63,048 nucleotides of DNA from positions 55,877,014-55,940,061 of the forward strand of contig NC_057719.1 in NCBI RefSeq assembly GCF_004010195.1, written 5' to 3'. The notes beneath the pieces were generated by a model. It made no database searches and was not told the origin of the DNA. It worked only from the letters and a program-made list of their open reading frames with translations. Positions 1 to 11,885 of the stretch are shown here, in pieces; the first letter of the stretch is position 1, and each line of letters begins with the position of its first letter. The translations under genes were made by a program, and so were the position numbers. This DNA comes from Chiloscyllium plagiosum. Its lineage: Eukaryota.

Positions 1-273
1 GTCAAACAAAGAACAGCCAGGGAATTCGTGGAAGCATGGCACTCATCCACAAACTCCATCAACAAACACATAGACCTGGACCCAATATACCGGTCACTAC
101 AACGGACAGCTGAAACTGACAACCGGAAGCGGCAGGGACAGGCCACTATAAATGCCGGAGGAAACACCACAGAAGCGCTTCACAGGAGGCTCCCAAGCAC
201 TGAGGATGTCACCTAGACAGGGGACGAAACGTTTGCAACAAAAATTTACAGCTCGGCGAACAGAACCACAACA
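1..273 (+). mobile_element. Penelope-like element (Poseidon-type) 3' end, truncated by window start
   Basis: Translates as ...KQRTAREFVEAWHSSTNSINKHIDLDPIYRSLQRT, resembling a PLE GIY-YIG C-terminus. It is followed by a terminal repeat nearly identical to 30990-31202 that carries CTGAGGA-stem-GAAA. Confidence 0.8.
200..234 (+). ncRNA. Hammerhead-ribozyme-like core in Penelope terminal repeat
   Basis: CTGAGGA T GTCACC-TAGACA-GGGGAC GAAA CGTTT: both conserved core boxes flank an imperfect helix II, followed by palindromic AAACGTTT. Confidence 0.55.
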
Positions 274-284
274 AAGTTTGTGTT

Positions 285-448
285 CAAATGAGGTTGGACA
301 GAGCTCTTAAGGATAGTGGAGTCAAGGGTTATGGGGATAAGGCAGGAACAGGATACTGATTGATGATGATCAGCCATGATCATAATGAATGGTGGTGCTG
401 GCTCGAAGGGCAGAATGGCCTACTCCTGCACTACTGTCTATTGTCTAT
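285..448 (+). mobile_element. CR1 LINE 3' UTR/tail
   Basis: gatcagccatgatcataatgaatggtggtgctggctcgaagggcagaatggcctactcctg ending in a (ttgtcta)2 tail; homologous to the tail at 39215-39290. Confidence 0.8.
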
Positions 449-1334
449 AAATGCTTCACAAAAACCATCTGAATGCAATAGAAATAGATCTTTTTTTAAA
501 TGGGAAAAAGATCAACCAAGCAAAAAAGGAGGATAGAAGGGGGTAGAAAAGATATGGAGTGGTGTTCCCAATGCAAAACATGGTCAGCAAAGATGGCCCC
601 ATCAGTCTGTGCACTGTACAAATGACCTCCCGTACCATCAACCAGCTTGTGCCTGCATATGTGCACATGATGTCAGCAACCACATGGGCAGATAAAGCAA
701 GAGACATAATGGGCAGATACCTGCATTTGGCACATGTATCTCTATACCTGTTAAAAATCAAGGTTTAAAAAGCACCAAATGCATTTTTACACAAATTAAT
801 TGTTAAAAGCTACAAACAGTAATATTGTTGAGGAATCATGTATTGTATGGGTTGTGCACTTGCTGAGTCTGGTTCAAGTCTGTCCTGATTCTTTTCACAG
901 TGTCATTGGATTGATGCCATTCTTCCAAGAAGTGGCTCCTGAGAACAAAATTGACAAGCCTTTTAAATGAATTGGGCACTTTGACACAGTTATCCTGAAG
1001 TAATATGCCATTCTTACCATGAGACACCATTTCTGACTTTAAGTCCTGCCTTCTGACTTGAAACTTCACCTCACAGCTTTATCTCCAGCCTGACCTATGA
1101 ACATACGGGCAGCACCACCTTTCTGCCACTAGCTACCATGCTGTAACTTAGCAGTGATATAGCATTGCCACACTGTGTTTGTGTGTGTGATTTGTCATTA
1201 CACCACAAAATGGTGGTAATGATAATAAATGCAACAGAAAAAAAAAGGTGTAGACCAATATGGAGGCAGATATGATGATACAAAGTTGTTTAACTCAATG
1301 TTGAGCCTAGCAGGCTTATGGATTGCTAAGTCAT

Positions 1335-2330
1335 ACCTGTAGACTAAATGGCTGAGTCCTGCAAAGCCACCACCCAGTCTGCATTTGGTTTATCCAAAGT
1401 ACAAAAGATGCTATCCCAAGCAGCAAACACAATATACTGAATTGACTCTCAAGTATAAGTAAGTTACTGTTGCACTTGGAAGGAGTATTTGGGTCTTGTA
1501 CAGTTGGAGAGAGGAGATGAAAAGCCATCTATTTCATCTCCTACACTAGAATAGAAAGATGGTACATAGAAGGCAGGGAGGTGCACAGGTTAATTAAATA
1601 TTAGATTAGGGTGTTGGAGAGAGAATAGTCCTTTTGAGATGCTGAATGGGGAAGGCAGGGCAGATGTGTTTACTGTTGCTAGAGCTGTCATAAGTAGTAA
1701 AGGATGATCCAATGAATAAGGAGGCTCAAGTAGCAATGGGAAAAAAGGGGACTCTTTCATAGTTTTGTGATGGAAGGGACAAGAGCAAAACTGCCTGAAT
1801 TAGATTGGGCATATTGGAGGGTCCTGTCAATCATGCTACAAAGGAATCCTCAGTTATGGATAAAAGAAGAATGTTAGAAGTGCTGGTGGGAAGGTAACAT
1901 CATTGCAACACATGTGATAGAATTAGAAAAACTGAGATAATGGAATTGGGCCTTTACAAGGTGCAGAGTATGACGGAATGTAGTCGAGGAAGCTGTTAAT
2001 GTCCATGGGTTTGTGGGGAACATTAAAAGTCCATCTCCAGAAATGAAGTCAAGGAAAGGAAGAGTCAGACATGGACCAAGTGAAGGTGAAGGAATGGTGG
2101 ACACTGGAAACAAAGTCAATAAAATGTTCCAGTGGAGCAGAAGGTGGTAGCAATGCAATCATCAATGTTGTGTTAATGAGAGGAAGGAGGGGCGCTGAGT
2201 GGAACCAGAATATTTCTTGTTCCAAGAGGCTGTTGCTGGGTGAATGGGGACTGGTTAGGCCTCTATTCAAGGAATAAGCAGACAGCTGTGTGTCAATCAA
2301 GCATTGGATGGAAGTGTAAAGTATCTGGAC
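1335..2330 (-). mobile_element. Old, degenerate Penelope-like RT/GIY-YIG fragment
   Basis: Minus-strand peptides such as HHSFTFTWSMSDSSFP and LPFLDFISGDGL resemble PLE RT; purine-rich + strand similar to 24480-25520. Confidence 0.6.
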
Positions 2331-2391
2331 GTCTCTGTACTTGAATCATAGAATGTTAGTGTACAAATAATTAGGAAGGTAAATGGAATAA

Positions 2392-3362
2392 GACATAGAA
2401 CATAGAACATTACAGCGCAGTACAGGCCCTTCGGCCCTCGATGTTGCGCCGCCCTGTCATACTAATCTGAAGCCCATCCCACCTACACTATTCCATGTAC
2501 GTCCTTATGCCTGTCCAATGACGACTTAAATGCACTTAAACTTGGCGAATCTACTACCGTTGCAGGCAAAGCATTCCATACCCTTACTACTCTCTGAGTA
2601 AAGAAACTATCTCTGACATCTGTCTTATACCTATCTCCCCTCACTTTAAAGTTGTGTCTCCTCGTGTTTGCCATTCCCATACTTGGAAAAAGGCTCTCCC
2701 TGTCCACCCTATCTATCCCTCTGATTATCTTGTATGTCTCTATTAAGTCACCTCTCAACCTTCTTCTCTCTAACGAGAACAACCTCAAGGCCCTCAGCCT
2801 TTCTTCGTAAGACATTCCTTCCATACCAGGCAACATCCTAGTAAATCTCCTCTGCACCCTTTCCAAAGCTTCCACATTCATCTTATATTGCGGTGACCAG
2901 AACTGTACACAATGCTCCAAGTGTGGCCGTACCAGAGCTTTGTACAGCTGCAGCATAACCTCCTGGTTCCGGAACTCAATCCCTCTATTAATAAAGGTGA
3001 AAACACTCTATGCCTTCTTAACAACTCTGTCAATCTGGGTGGCAACTTTCAGGGATCTGTGTACATGGACACCCCGCACATTTACTAACCCAGCCTTCTA
3101 AGCCCTCATCCAGGTCATTTATAAAAATGACGAACAGCAGTGGACCCAACACCGACCCTTGCGGTACACCGCTAGTAACTGGACACCCAGATGAACATGT
3201 TCCATCAACTACAACCTTCTGTTTTCTTTCAGCAAGCCAATTACTGATCCAAACTGCTATGTCTCCCACAATCCCATTCCTCCGCATTTTGTATAATAGC
3301 CTACTGTGGGGAACCTTATCGAACACCTTGCTGAAATCCATATACACCACATCAACCGGTTT
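2392..3362 (-). mobile_element. CR1 LINE 3' fragment (RT C-terminus plus tail), internally deleted near 3075
   Basis: ORFs 3030-3386 ([17 protein letters not shown]...[22 protein letters not shown]) and 2483-2956 (LYKALVRPHLEHCVQFWSP...LERRRLRGDLIE); (GTTCTAT)n tail. Confidence 0.95.
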
Positions 3363-3369
3363 ACACTTG

Positions 3370-4420
3370 CATTGGAAACCGTTCATGGAAGGTTCACAAG
3401 ACTGATTTCTGAGGTGAAGGGTTTATCATATGAGGAAAGGTTGAGCAGGTTGGCCTATATTCATCAGAGTTTAGAAGAATGAGAGATGATCTTACTAAAA
3501 CATAACAGATTCTGATAGGCTTTGACAAGAATGCTTCCCCTCATGAGAGAACCTAGAGCTAGAGAGCTCAGATTAAAATTATTGGCTCTTGCATTTAAGA
3601 AGTGAATGAGCAGGAATCCCTTTTCTCCAAGGGCTTTTTTGGAATTCTTTGGAATCCTGTTCCACAGAAAGCAGTTGTAGCTGGGCTGTTATATGTTGGT
3701 TTGCTGGGTTCTGAGATTGCTGTTAAGTCCAACACGTGATCAGCAGACTAGGTCACATGTACAGTAGATGAACTTTGAAGGACCTGGTATGTGGAGGCTT
3801 GACAGGGGTTGCCATGTTCTGGGGGGTAGGGACATTCTTGGCTCCAGAGCAGGGGAAAGGGGATCAGTCTGACAGTGGCAGAACAGGTGGTTAAGTCTGC
3901 AGCAGAGAAGAGAGGTGTTGGATCTAAAGAGGGAGAAGGGGGATCAGGTCCAGAGTATTGGAAGTGGGGAAGTGTCAGGTCTGATGGGTCCACAGCTGAG
4001 GGGAATTGATAACCCATTCAGTTAGACTAGTAAAACCATCATAGTGGCTGTCCCTGTAAAAGAGAATCCGGAAGCCACAGGTTTGCTGGAAGCTTTAATG
4101 TAATTGGTAAAATCAGATACATGGAGGAAGATACAGTTTAAGGAGTTTAGTCTAACTGTGACACATTAATGAGACACAGTATAAATAACTAATTATTTTA
4201 GAATATAATTATCCAGATAATTTACCAGAGGCTGTTGGCAATCTTTCCCAATTATTCCCTGCAGTTTAGTGATGTCACCCTGTCATAGTTCTTTAGGCTA
4301 AAGGGATTAAAGGGTATGGGGAGAAAGCAGGAACAAGTTACTGAGTTGAATGATCAACTATGATTGTCGGAGCAGGAACAAAGGGCCAAGCAGTCTACTC
4401 CTGTTCCTGTTTCTCCGTGT
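3370..4420 (+). mobile_element. Old CR1 3' fragment (3370-3685 and 4290-4420) interrupted by an unclassified ~600 bp insert
   Basis: Degenerate RFTRLI..LSYEERLSRL..EFRRMRDDL motif; CR1-type tail with gggattaaagggtatggggagaaagcaggaac and tactcctgttcctgt. Confidence 0.65.
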
Positions 4421-5829
4421 TTCAAGGGCAAGCACTTGATCATTGCCCCATGTGCCTCGGCTCATCTGCTCCCATCTCAATATCTACCAACACAAAGTAT
4501 GATCTTTCTGTGTCATTCCCTGTAATCAGTCAGATTGTCCATCTTATGTCATTCACATATATTGCAAACAGAAGGGGCTCTGTAACACATCTCAGCAGAG
4601 TACAACTGATTACTTTTTCTCAAGCAAAACAATTTCCATTTAATCACATTATGTTGCTAAGCTAATTTGCAATTCATTTAAACAATTTATCATCCATAAA
4701 GTGTAATTTGTCCCTACACTAGGGACATTTTACTGCACTAAATGTGCCATACAAGTGCAAATTATTATTGTTGTAAGATCACATAAGAAACTTGGTTGAA
4801 CATGGCTTGAAAATCTAAATAGCTCTAACGATTAGATTATTCCCAGTTAGTAGCTTAGTCAACATTATAAAAATATTCTGTAGGTATGTAAAGCATGTTC
4901 TACTCCTAAAACATTCAAATCTGCTTTCTGTATTACTAGTTTTTGGGTGTTCCTTTATAGATCATTTAAAATGTCCTTCATGTTTTCCTTATTGTCAGTG
5001 TCATGTTAATATGCTACCATCACATTGTTCATATTTTGTCCTCATCTTTTCACTGTTCGAGCTTTATTTGTTGTCTTCCACTCTTCAGATTCTGCTCCAG
5101 ATCTGACTGATATCAAACAAATTAACTCTTACTTTCCTCTTTAAGACTAGTGTTTTTTTTAGATAAGCCTTCAATATTCTTGGGTCTTAACCCTGGTGAC
5201 AATGGTTGCCAGCAGCAGCAAGCCAATCAGAACAACACCTTCAGGTGCCAAACGCCCTAAAAAATTTATAAGTCACCCCACCGCAGCACCTACAACAATG
5301 ACAGAAGTCATTCATAATAATTAATAAAAGGAAAATTAAGACAAAGTTCATCACAGTTCAGTTAATGGCTCCTGGGTTCAGCGAAAGCTTGTTTAAGAAC
5401 AACGGAATACCCTGCAGATGCAGCCAGGATGAGACTGCCACTCCAGGCCGCTGGATACTATACCAGAAACCTCCACTAAAAAGATCGCTATGTCAGGCCA
5501 AAACCAGCACTCCCGGACAAGATCGCCTGCCCAGCTGCTGTTTGCAAATCAAACATTGTCACTCAGTGATGCAGATGTAGCAGCAATGACTTAGAGGCAA
5601 ATGCTGGCCAAAATTATCACATCGCTCATGAAATTTCAAAGGGCGCTATATGACAAGGGGAAACTCACTTCGTGTTATGTCTTGCAAGTATATTGCTGTA
5701 CTTACCAAATGCAATGAAACGTTGAATGATTGGTGTAGATCTGGGATTGGAAGGGTGTATGAGCACAGAAAACACTCTCATTTTGATATAACGCGTAGGT
5801 TACTCAGCCAAATAAGTATCTCACCCTCA

Positions 5830-6140
5830 CTGAGTTGAGGTACATACCAAGGCCAGAGTCTTGGTGGAGCAGACAAGAGAACTCCCTGAGGATAAGGTTC
5901 TGTTGCTTGGATGGGTCTGAAGAAGAGGATAGGGCAGTATAGTCCAGCCAGAGTATGCCATATCATCCTGGAATGCTATCGTCTCCACAATTGGACAATG
6001 AGACAATGAGATAGATGCTGAGGAACTGGGGAAAGGAGCTGTCTTCCAAAGAGGAGGAAGATGAGAACATTGAGGAGGAGAGAGCTCTCCTTGTACATGG
6101 CAGAGTTCAGCTGCATTGGGTCACTCAGGACCTAAAAGAC
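5830..6140 (+). mobile_element. PIF/Harbinger transposase C-terminal remnant (frameshifted)
   Basis: Pieced translation HTKARVLVEQT..LRIRFCCLDGS..QYSPARVCHIILECYRLHNWTMR followed by an acidic E-rich stretch. This matches the Harbinger/HARBI1-type motif H..TR..IE.T.GLLK.RFRCLD..GG.LQYSP.RV..II.ACC.LHN. Confidence 0.75.
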
Positions 6141-7224
6141 ACTCAGTACCTGTAGATGGGAGCTGGGTGCAAAGACCGTCATAGAGACTGTAGATTAGTC
6201 AGTGGTCATGATGCCAGTATTTAGTTTGCATTGTGGGGGTAAATTGCTGCCTCTATTCATGTTGATTATCTGCTTTTGCTGGCTGTAAATAAAAGCTCAT
6301 GTTTGGAATTGTATGTCCCTTTACTTGTATGTAATGTTTCCTTATTGCACAATGACAAATTGCCTGTCTCCAATGCGCATTGGGGGCAGAGTAGCAGTGA
6401 CTTAGTGAGGATGATTAGATGGGATGTCGCTAAGGACAGGTAAACTTCATGGCCTAATGGTTAGACAGCAACCAGAGTGACAGAATGATATGTTACATGT
6501 GACGAAGTGTCTGCCATGCCGTCTAGTAATGTGAGCAGTGTGGCTTTGTGGCTGCTGTTGGTGAGGGGAAGCACTGCATTCTCAACATTTCTCTGAATAC
6601 CCATTGACCTCTCAAATACAGCATGGACACAAATGTTTCTGGTTTTTCAACAGATACCTGCTGAATGGGAAGTTGCTCCGGCTATGGCATCTGGTAAGAT
6701 AGAATTAGTATTGGGCAAGTGGGGGCTTTAGAGGTGAGTTGTTGAGGCAAGTTTGGTAAGGTACGAGCAATTTCACTGGAACCTGTGGTGAAATACCCTC
6801 CAAAAAATTCAAAGCAACTGATATTTAACCAAAAATGTTAATGCTCAACCAGTAGAATGGCGTTTATGTTTACTGATGTTCCTGTACATTACATATACAT
6901 GGCTGACTGAACAAAATTAGGCTTGATAGTTCAGTTGCAGCAGTTCAATATCTCTGCTAACTGCCTTTGTACCTAGCTAATGGGACTGGAGGTGTGGGCA
7001 CTTCACATTCTCCAGGATTTCGTACTTATCTTTTGTGGCTTTTGCAGAATTTCTGTTTCAATTCCAATGGATTAAAATATGCAATGTACAGTGATATAAA
7101 CTGGGATCATCATCTTTACCTGTAATCTCAAATTACTTCTGGTTTCTGTGTTTTAGATGTCATTGTTTTAAATTTCAATTCATATTTCCAGTCAATGGAT
7201 TAAAAAGCATGATTTTACATAAAA

Positions 7225-8692
7225 TAGCAGTAGATGTGATCTATGTGGACTTCAGTAAGGCATTCGACAAGGTTCCCCATGGGAGACTGGTTAGCAAAGT
7301 TAGATCTCATGGAATACAGGGAGAACTAGCCATTTGGATACAGAACTGGCTCAAANNNNNNNNNNNNNNNNNNNNNNNNNNNNNNNNNNNNNNNNNNNNN
7401 NNNNNNNNNNNNNNNNNNNNNNNNNNNNNNNNNNNNNNNNNNNNNNNNNNNNNNNNNNNNNNNNNNNNNNNNNNNNNNNNNNNNNNNNNNNNNNNNNNNN
7501 NNNNNNNNNNNNNNNNNNNNNNNNNNNNNNNNNNNNNNNNNNNNNNNNNNNNNNNNNNNNNNNNNNNNNNNNNNNNNNNNNNNNNNNNNNNNNNNNNNNN
7601 NNNNNNNNNNNNNNNNNNNNNNNNNNNNNNNNNNNNNNNNNNNNNNNNNNNNNNNNNNNNNNNNNNNNNNNNNNNNNNNNNNNNNNNNNNNNNNNNNNNN
7701 NNNNNNNNNNNNNNNNNNNNNNNNNNNNNNNNNNNNNNNNNNNNNNNNNNNNNNNNNNNNNNNNNNNNNNNNNNNNNNNNNNNNNNNNNNNNNNNNNNNN
7801 NNNNNNNNNNNNNNNNNNNNNNNNNNNNNNNNNNNNNNNNNNNNNNNNNNNNNNNNNNNNNNNNNNNNNNNNNNNNNNNNNNNNNNNNNNNNNNNNNNNN
7901 NNNNNNNNNNNNNNNNNNNNNNNNNNNNNNNNNNNNNNNNNNNNNNNNNNNNNNNNNNNNNNNNNNNNNNNNNNNNNNNNNNNNNNNNNNNNNNNNNNNN
8001 NNNNNNNNNNNNNNNNNNNNNNNNNNNNNNNNNNNNNNNNNNNNNNNNNNNNNNNNNNNNNNNNNNNNNNNNNNNNNNNNNNNNNNNNNNNNNNNNNNNN
8101 NNNNNNNNNNNNNNNNNNNNNNNNNNNNNNNNNNNNNNNNNNNNNNNNNNNNNNNNCGTGCAATTCTGGTCTCCTTACTATCAGAAAGATGTTGTGAAAC
8201 TTGAAAGGGTTCAGAAAAGATTTACAAGGATGTTGCCAGGGTTGGAGGATCTGAGCTACAGAGAGAGGTTGAACAGACTGGGGCTGTTTTCCCTGGAGCG
8301 TCGGAGGCTGAGGGGTGACCTTATAGAGGTTTACAAAATTATGAGGGGCATGGATAGGATAAATAGGCAAAGTCTTTTCCCTAGGGTCAGGGAGTCCAGA
8401 CCTAGAGGGCATAGGTTTAGGGTGAGAGGGGAAAGATATAAAAGAGACCTAAGGGGCAACTTTTTCACGCAGAGGGTGGTACGTGTATGGAATGAGCTGC
8501 CAGAAGATGTGGTGGAGGCTGGTACAATTGCAACATTTAAGATGCATTTGGATGGGTATATGAATAGGAAGGGTTTGGAGGGATATGGGCTGGGAGCTGG
8601 CAGGAGGGACTAGTTTGGGTTGGAATATCTGGTTGGCATGGACGGGTTGGGCCGAACGGTCTGTTTCCATGCTGTACATCTCAATGACTCTG
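7225..8692 (+). mobile_element. CR1 (HER1-like) LINE 3' fragment spanning an assembly gap
   Basis: AVDVIYVDFSKAFDKVPHGRLV before the gap; VQFWSPYYQKDVVKLERVQKRFTRMLPG...RRRLRGDLIEVYKIMRG after it; 3' tail ggccgaacggtctgtttccatgctgta. Confidence 0.95.
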
Positions 8693-10059
8693 TAATTTCA
8701 TTCAATAGGCACAGCACCCCTCCACTAATTTGATCTAGCTCTCCATGTTACTGACTGTTTTCTGTAAGCATAGAAAGCAACACTGTTAAAATCCAACTGT
8801 TCAGCACCTTTTAAATGACCAGCAGGCAGCTTCCCTAACTGCTAATTGTCTTATAAGAAGAAATGCAAACTAAACTATTTAAAAGGATAGGTAAGGCCAA
8901 TTCACAAAACATTGCTTGTAACTAGCTATTAACAGTGTTGTCAACATTTTATGAGAGATAAATAATTTTACAATGGGACTATGAAAAAGAAATTATATAG
9001 TATGCTCCTATATGGTTAGGAGGGCATAATTTCAATTGTTTATTTCTGCTGAAATAAGACATTTAAGCATTTACACATTTAAAACAAGCTTGTATTTTGA
9101 AAAGACACGGTGCTTGCCACTGACCTCAAAGGATTTTGCCCACAATGATCAAGTGATCTGTGTGACATGATTTCTCCTTTTCCAATGACAGGTAACATTT
9201 GACACCAAATCAGACAATTCCAGAATTCCAGTAGCAATGAAAACAACCAATTACAGTGCGATATCTCACAGAATGTAAATCAGAAAATTAAAAGCACTGA
9301 CTGCCTTTGCTTTTAATTTATAATTTCAGGCAGCAAAATGGATGACGATAATTGGATTCACATAGGAACCAACTACCATAAGCTATAAAAAGTAAATTAG
9401 TTTAAATATAGAATCCTTTATAATAATCAAGATATGCCACTAACATAAAATTACTTTTTCAGAGTCAGTGAGGTTATATAGATATAACTAGCGCACAGTT
9501 TTAAAAATACAATTAAATTTCATTCACCAACAGGTAACATTTTCAAGAATGTTAACAACAAAGCTAACAGCAAGAAGATGATTGCTTTGGGATTTCAATC
9601 TAGGTCTGAAGTAAAGGTTTCAGAGGAATCTCATCAGTATAATTTCTAAAGAAGCTTAGAATCAATTAAACAAAACTTCGCATTTCCATATTAATCTCCA
9701 AATTTGTGAACTGTAGAATTTGCTATCAGTTTCAGCTTCACTACCACATGCTAAAATTTTCATTAAAATCCATACTGAAATTAATTAGTATCTTGTGGGG
9801 TTGATCCTCATTATTAATGCTTATACAACTGCAGAGAAGCAGAGGGAGAAGAAGGGATTACAGAGCTTTGCAAATAATAAGGAGAAAGTTTCAGAAAAGG
9901 GGAAATATATTCATTAATTTGTGGAATCTTAATAGTGTTGACATCTTTTAATATTTGCATTTATAGCTCCAACAATTAGCTCTAGAGACTCCCAAAAATC
10001 ATGTGGAGCAGGTGGGGGAGTCAGAGATCCTAATTAGAAATAAAAGGCACAGCAAGATT

Positions 10060-11085
10060 GGAACAAGATTCAGGTTTGGGCCAATTATTGTCAAGTAACA
10101 TTTGTGGCACAGAAGTCCCATGCAATGATCACTTGCAACCAGAGATATGACTAACCATCATTCCTTGTCATTCAGTAGTATTACCATTGCTGAATCTCCA
10201 CCATCAATATCCCCAGCAGAAACTGAACAAATCTTATAAATATTCTGGCTACAACAGCAGGTCTGACACTTGGAATTCTACATTGAGTAACATATTTTCT
10301 AACTCCCCTAACTGTACCTCATTTTCTTAAGGGACAAGTCATTCCTGTGATGGAAGGGCAGCACGGTGGCTCAGTGGTTAGCACTGCTGCCTCACAGCGC
10401 CAGGGTCCCAAGTTTGATTCCAGCCTTGGGTGACTGTGTGGAGTTTGCACATTCTCCCTGTGTCTTCATAGGTTTCTTCTGGGTACTCCAGTTTCTGCCC
10501 AAAGTCACAAAGATGTGAGGGTCAGGTGACTTGACCATGCTAAATTGCCAAGACTGTTAGGTGCATTAGTCAGAGGGAAATGGGTCTGGGTGGATTACTT
10601 TTTGGAGGGTCAGTGTGGACTGGTTGGGCTGAAGGGCCTGTTTCCACGCTATAGGGAATCTAATCTAATACTTCTGAGTCACCTAGATGAATGCAGTTCC
10701 AATAATACTGTCCAAGCCAAATCAATCTAATTACCTCAACCACATGAAACATGTCATTGCTCACTGCCAAAATGGGCAAATTGTGTACCATCTACAAGAT
10801 GCATTGCAACAATCTGCCAAAGATCCTCTGACAGCACCTTCCAAAGCAGAATGGGAACACCAGCACTTTCATGATCCCCTCTATACCATTCCTGATCTGG
10901 AATTATTTTGCCATTTCCTCACTGTCACAAAATCAAAAATCCTGGAATTCCCTCCCTTACAGCAGTTTGGATGCACCTACACCATATACAGTGAGAAATT
11001 AAAGGGAATGTTTCACTACTATCTTTTCAAGGGAAACTAGGAATAGGCAATAAATACTGTCCTTTCCACTGAATCAATGAATTAA
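10060..11085 (+). mobile_element. Degenerate CR1-type LINE family B 3' part, interrupted by an HE1 SINE
   Basis: Homologous to 16425-16700 (rc) and 19970-20345; ends with cttttcaagggaaactaggaataggcaataaatactg. Confidence 0.75.
10356..10669 (+). mobile_element. HE1-type V-SINE
   Basis: tRNA-like head gggcagcacggtggctcagtggttagcactgctgcctcacagcgccaggg; V-domain gtgtggagtttgcacattctccc; CR1-type tail ending in aatctaatct. Confidence 0.95.
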
Positions 11086-11124
11086 AAACAAAGACTGGAG
11101 GAGACTATAATAGTCCGTCCAGCT

Positions 11125-11885
11125 GGGAAAATGGTGATGGGGTACGGCTTCTGAGCCCGGGACTTGTCCGATCTGTCCACTTTTCATTTCTGCTTTTTTT
11201 TCTCTCTCTTCTCTTTTGCTTTTCTTTTTTCTCTCTCTCTTTCATTTTACGTACCTCTTGTTGAAGAGTTCAGGAGCTCACATCGGTGGCAGACAGTAAA
11301 GCCCAGCGTGGACCATGACAGCTGCAGCAGTGAGAGTTTGGGTGCCCTGACGAGGCGGTCCTAGTGCCGACACATGGCCGCTGCTGAGTCGGGTTTGGGT
11401 TCCCTGCGGTGCGTGTGTCCAGCACAGGTTGATGGAGGCGGCAGCAGAGGTGACTTTCGGCCCAGTACAAGGTCCTGCGGCATCAGAGAGGTGGGCCCAA
11501 AGCTGACTCGCAGCAGCAGCAGCAGCAGCGGAGTGGAGTTTGGGCCGGTACAATAACCGGCGCTGGTGGCGTCTGCAGTAGTGGGTCCACAAAGATTCAG
11601 TGGCAAGTAGGTCGGTGGAGGTGAGATGGCACTGAAGAGCGGTAACTTTCGTTCCAGCAGCAAAGTGGACTCATGCCTGACCACCAAGACCATGGTAGAG
11701 CACTTTTAACGAGAAGGGCTGTCAAGTTGAACACTTTTTTTTAAAAAAATTCTGCTTTTATATTCTATGTTTAGGTTTATTTTTCTGTGTTTATGTTGGC
11801 GTTGGAGAATGGCAACACTATACAACATTTTACACTGTATTTTGAAACAAAATATGTGACAATAAATAAAGTAAAATAAAATCTA
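11125..11885 (+). mobile_element. Non-autonomous retroposon with Rex1/Babar-like 3' end and GC-rich body
   Basis: Starts at aaaatggtg, then a pyrimidine tract and a CpG-rich non-coding middle; ends with cattttacactgta...atatgtgacaataaataaagtaaaataaaa. Family assignment is from recalled end motifs. Confidence 0.45.
11510..11529. repeat. (GCA)6-7 microsatellite
   Basis: gcagcagcagcagcagcagc seen directly. Confidence 0.9.

Noticed and set aside
5706..5740. 35-nt minus-strand exon-like segment (cccag|...TTTG|gtaagt)
   Set aside because: It lies next to Harbinger-derived sequence and gives no recognisable peptide; such splice-like pairs occur by chance in 63 kb.
10356..10430. tRNA genes at the HE1 and other SINE heads
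   Set aside because: A/B boxes are present but continue into SINE bodies; there is no complete cloverleaf or terminator.
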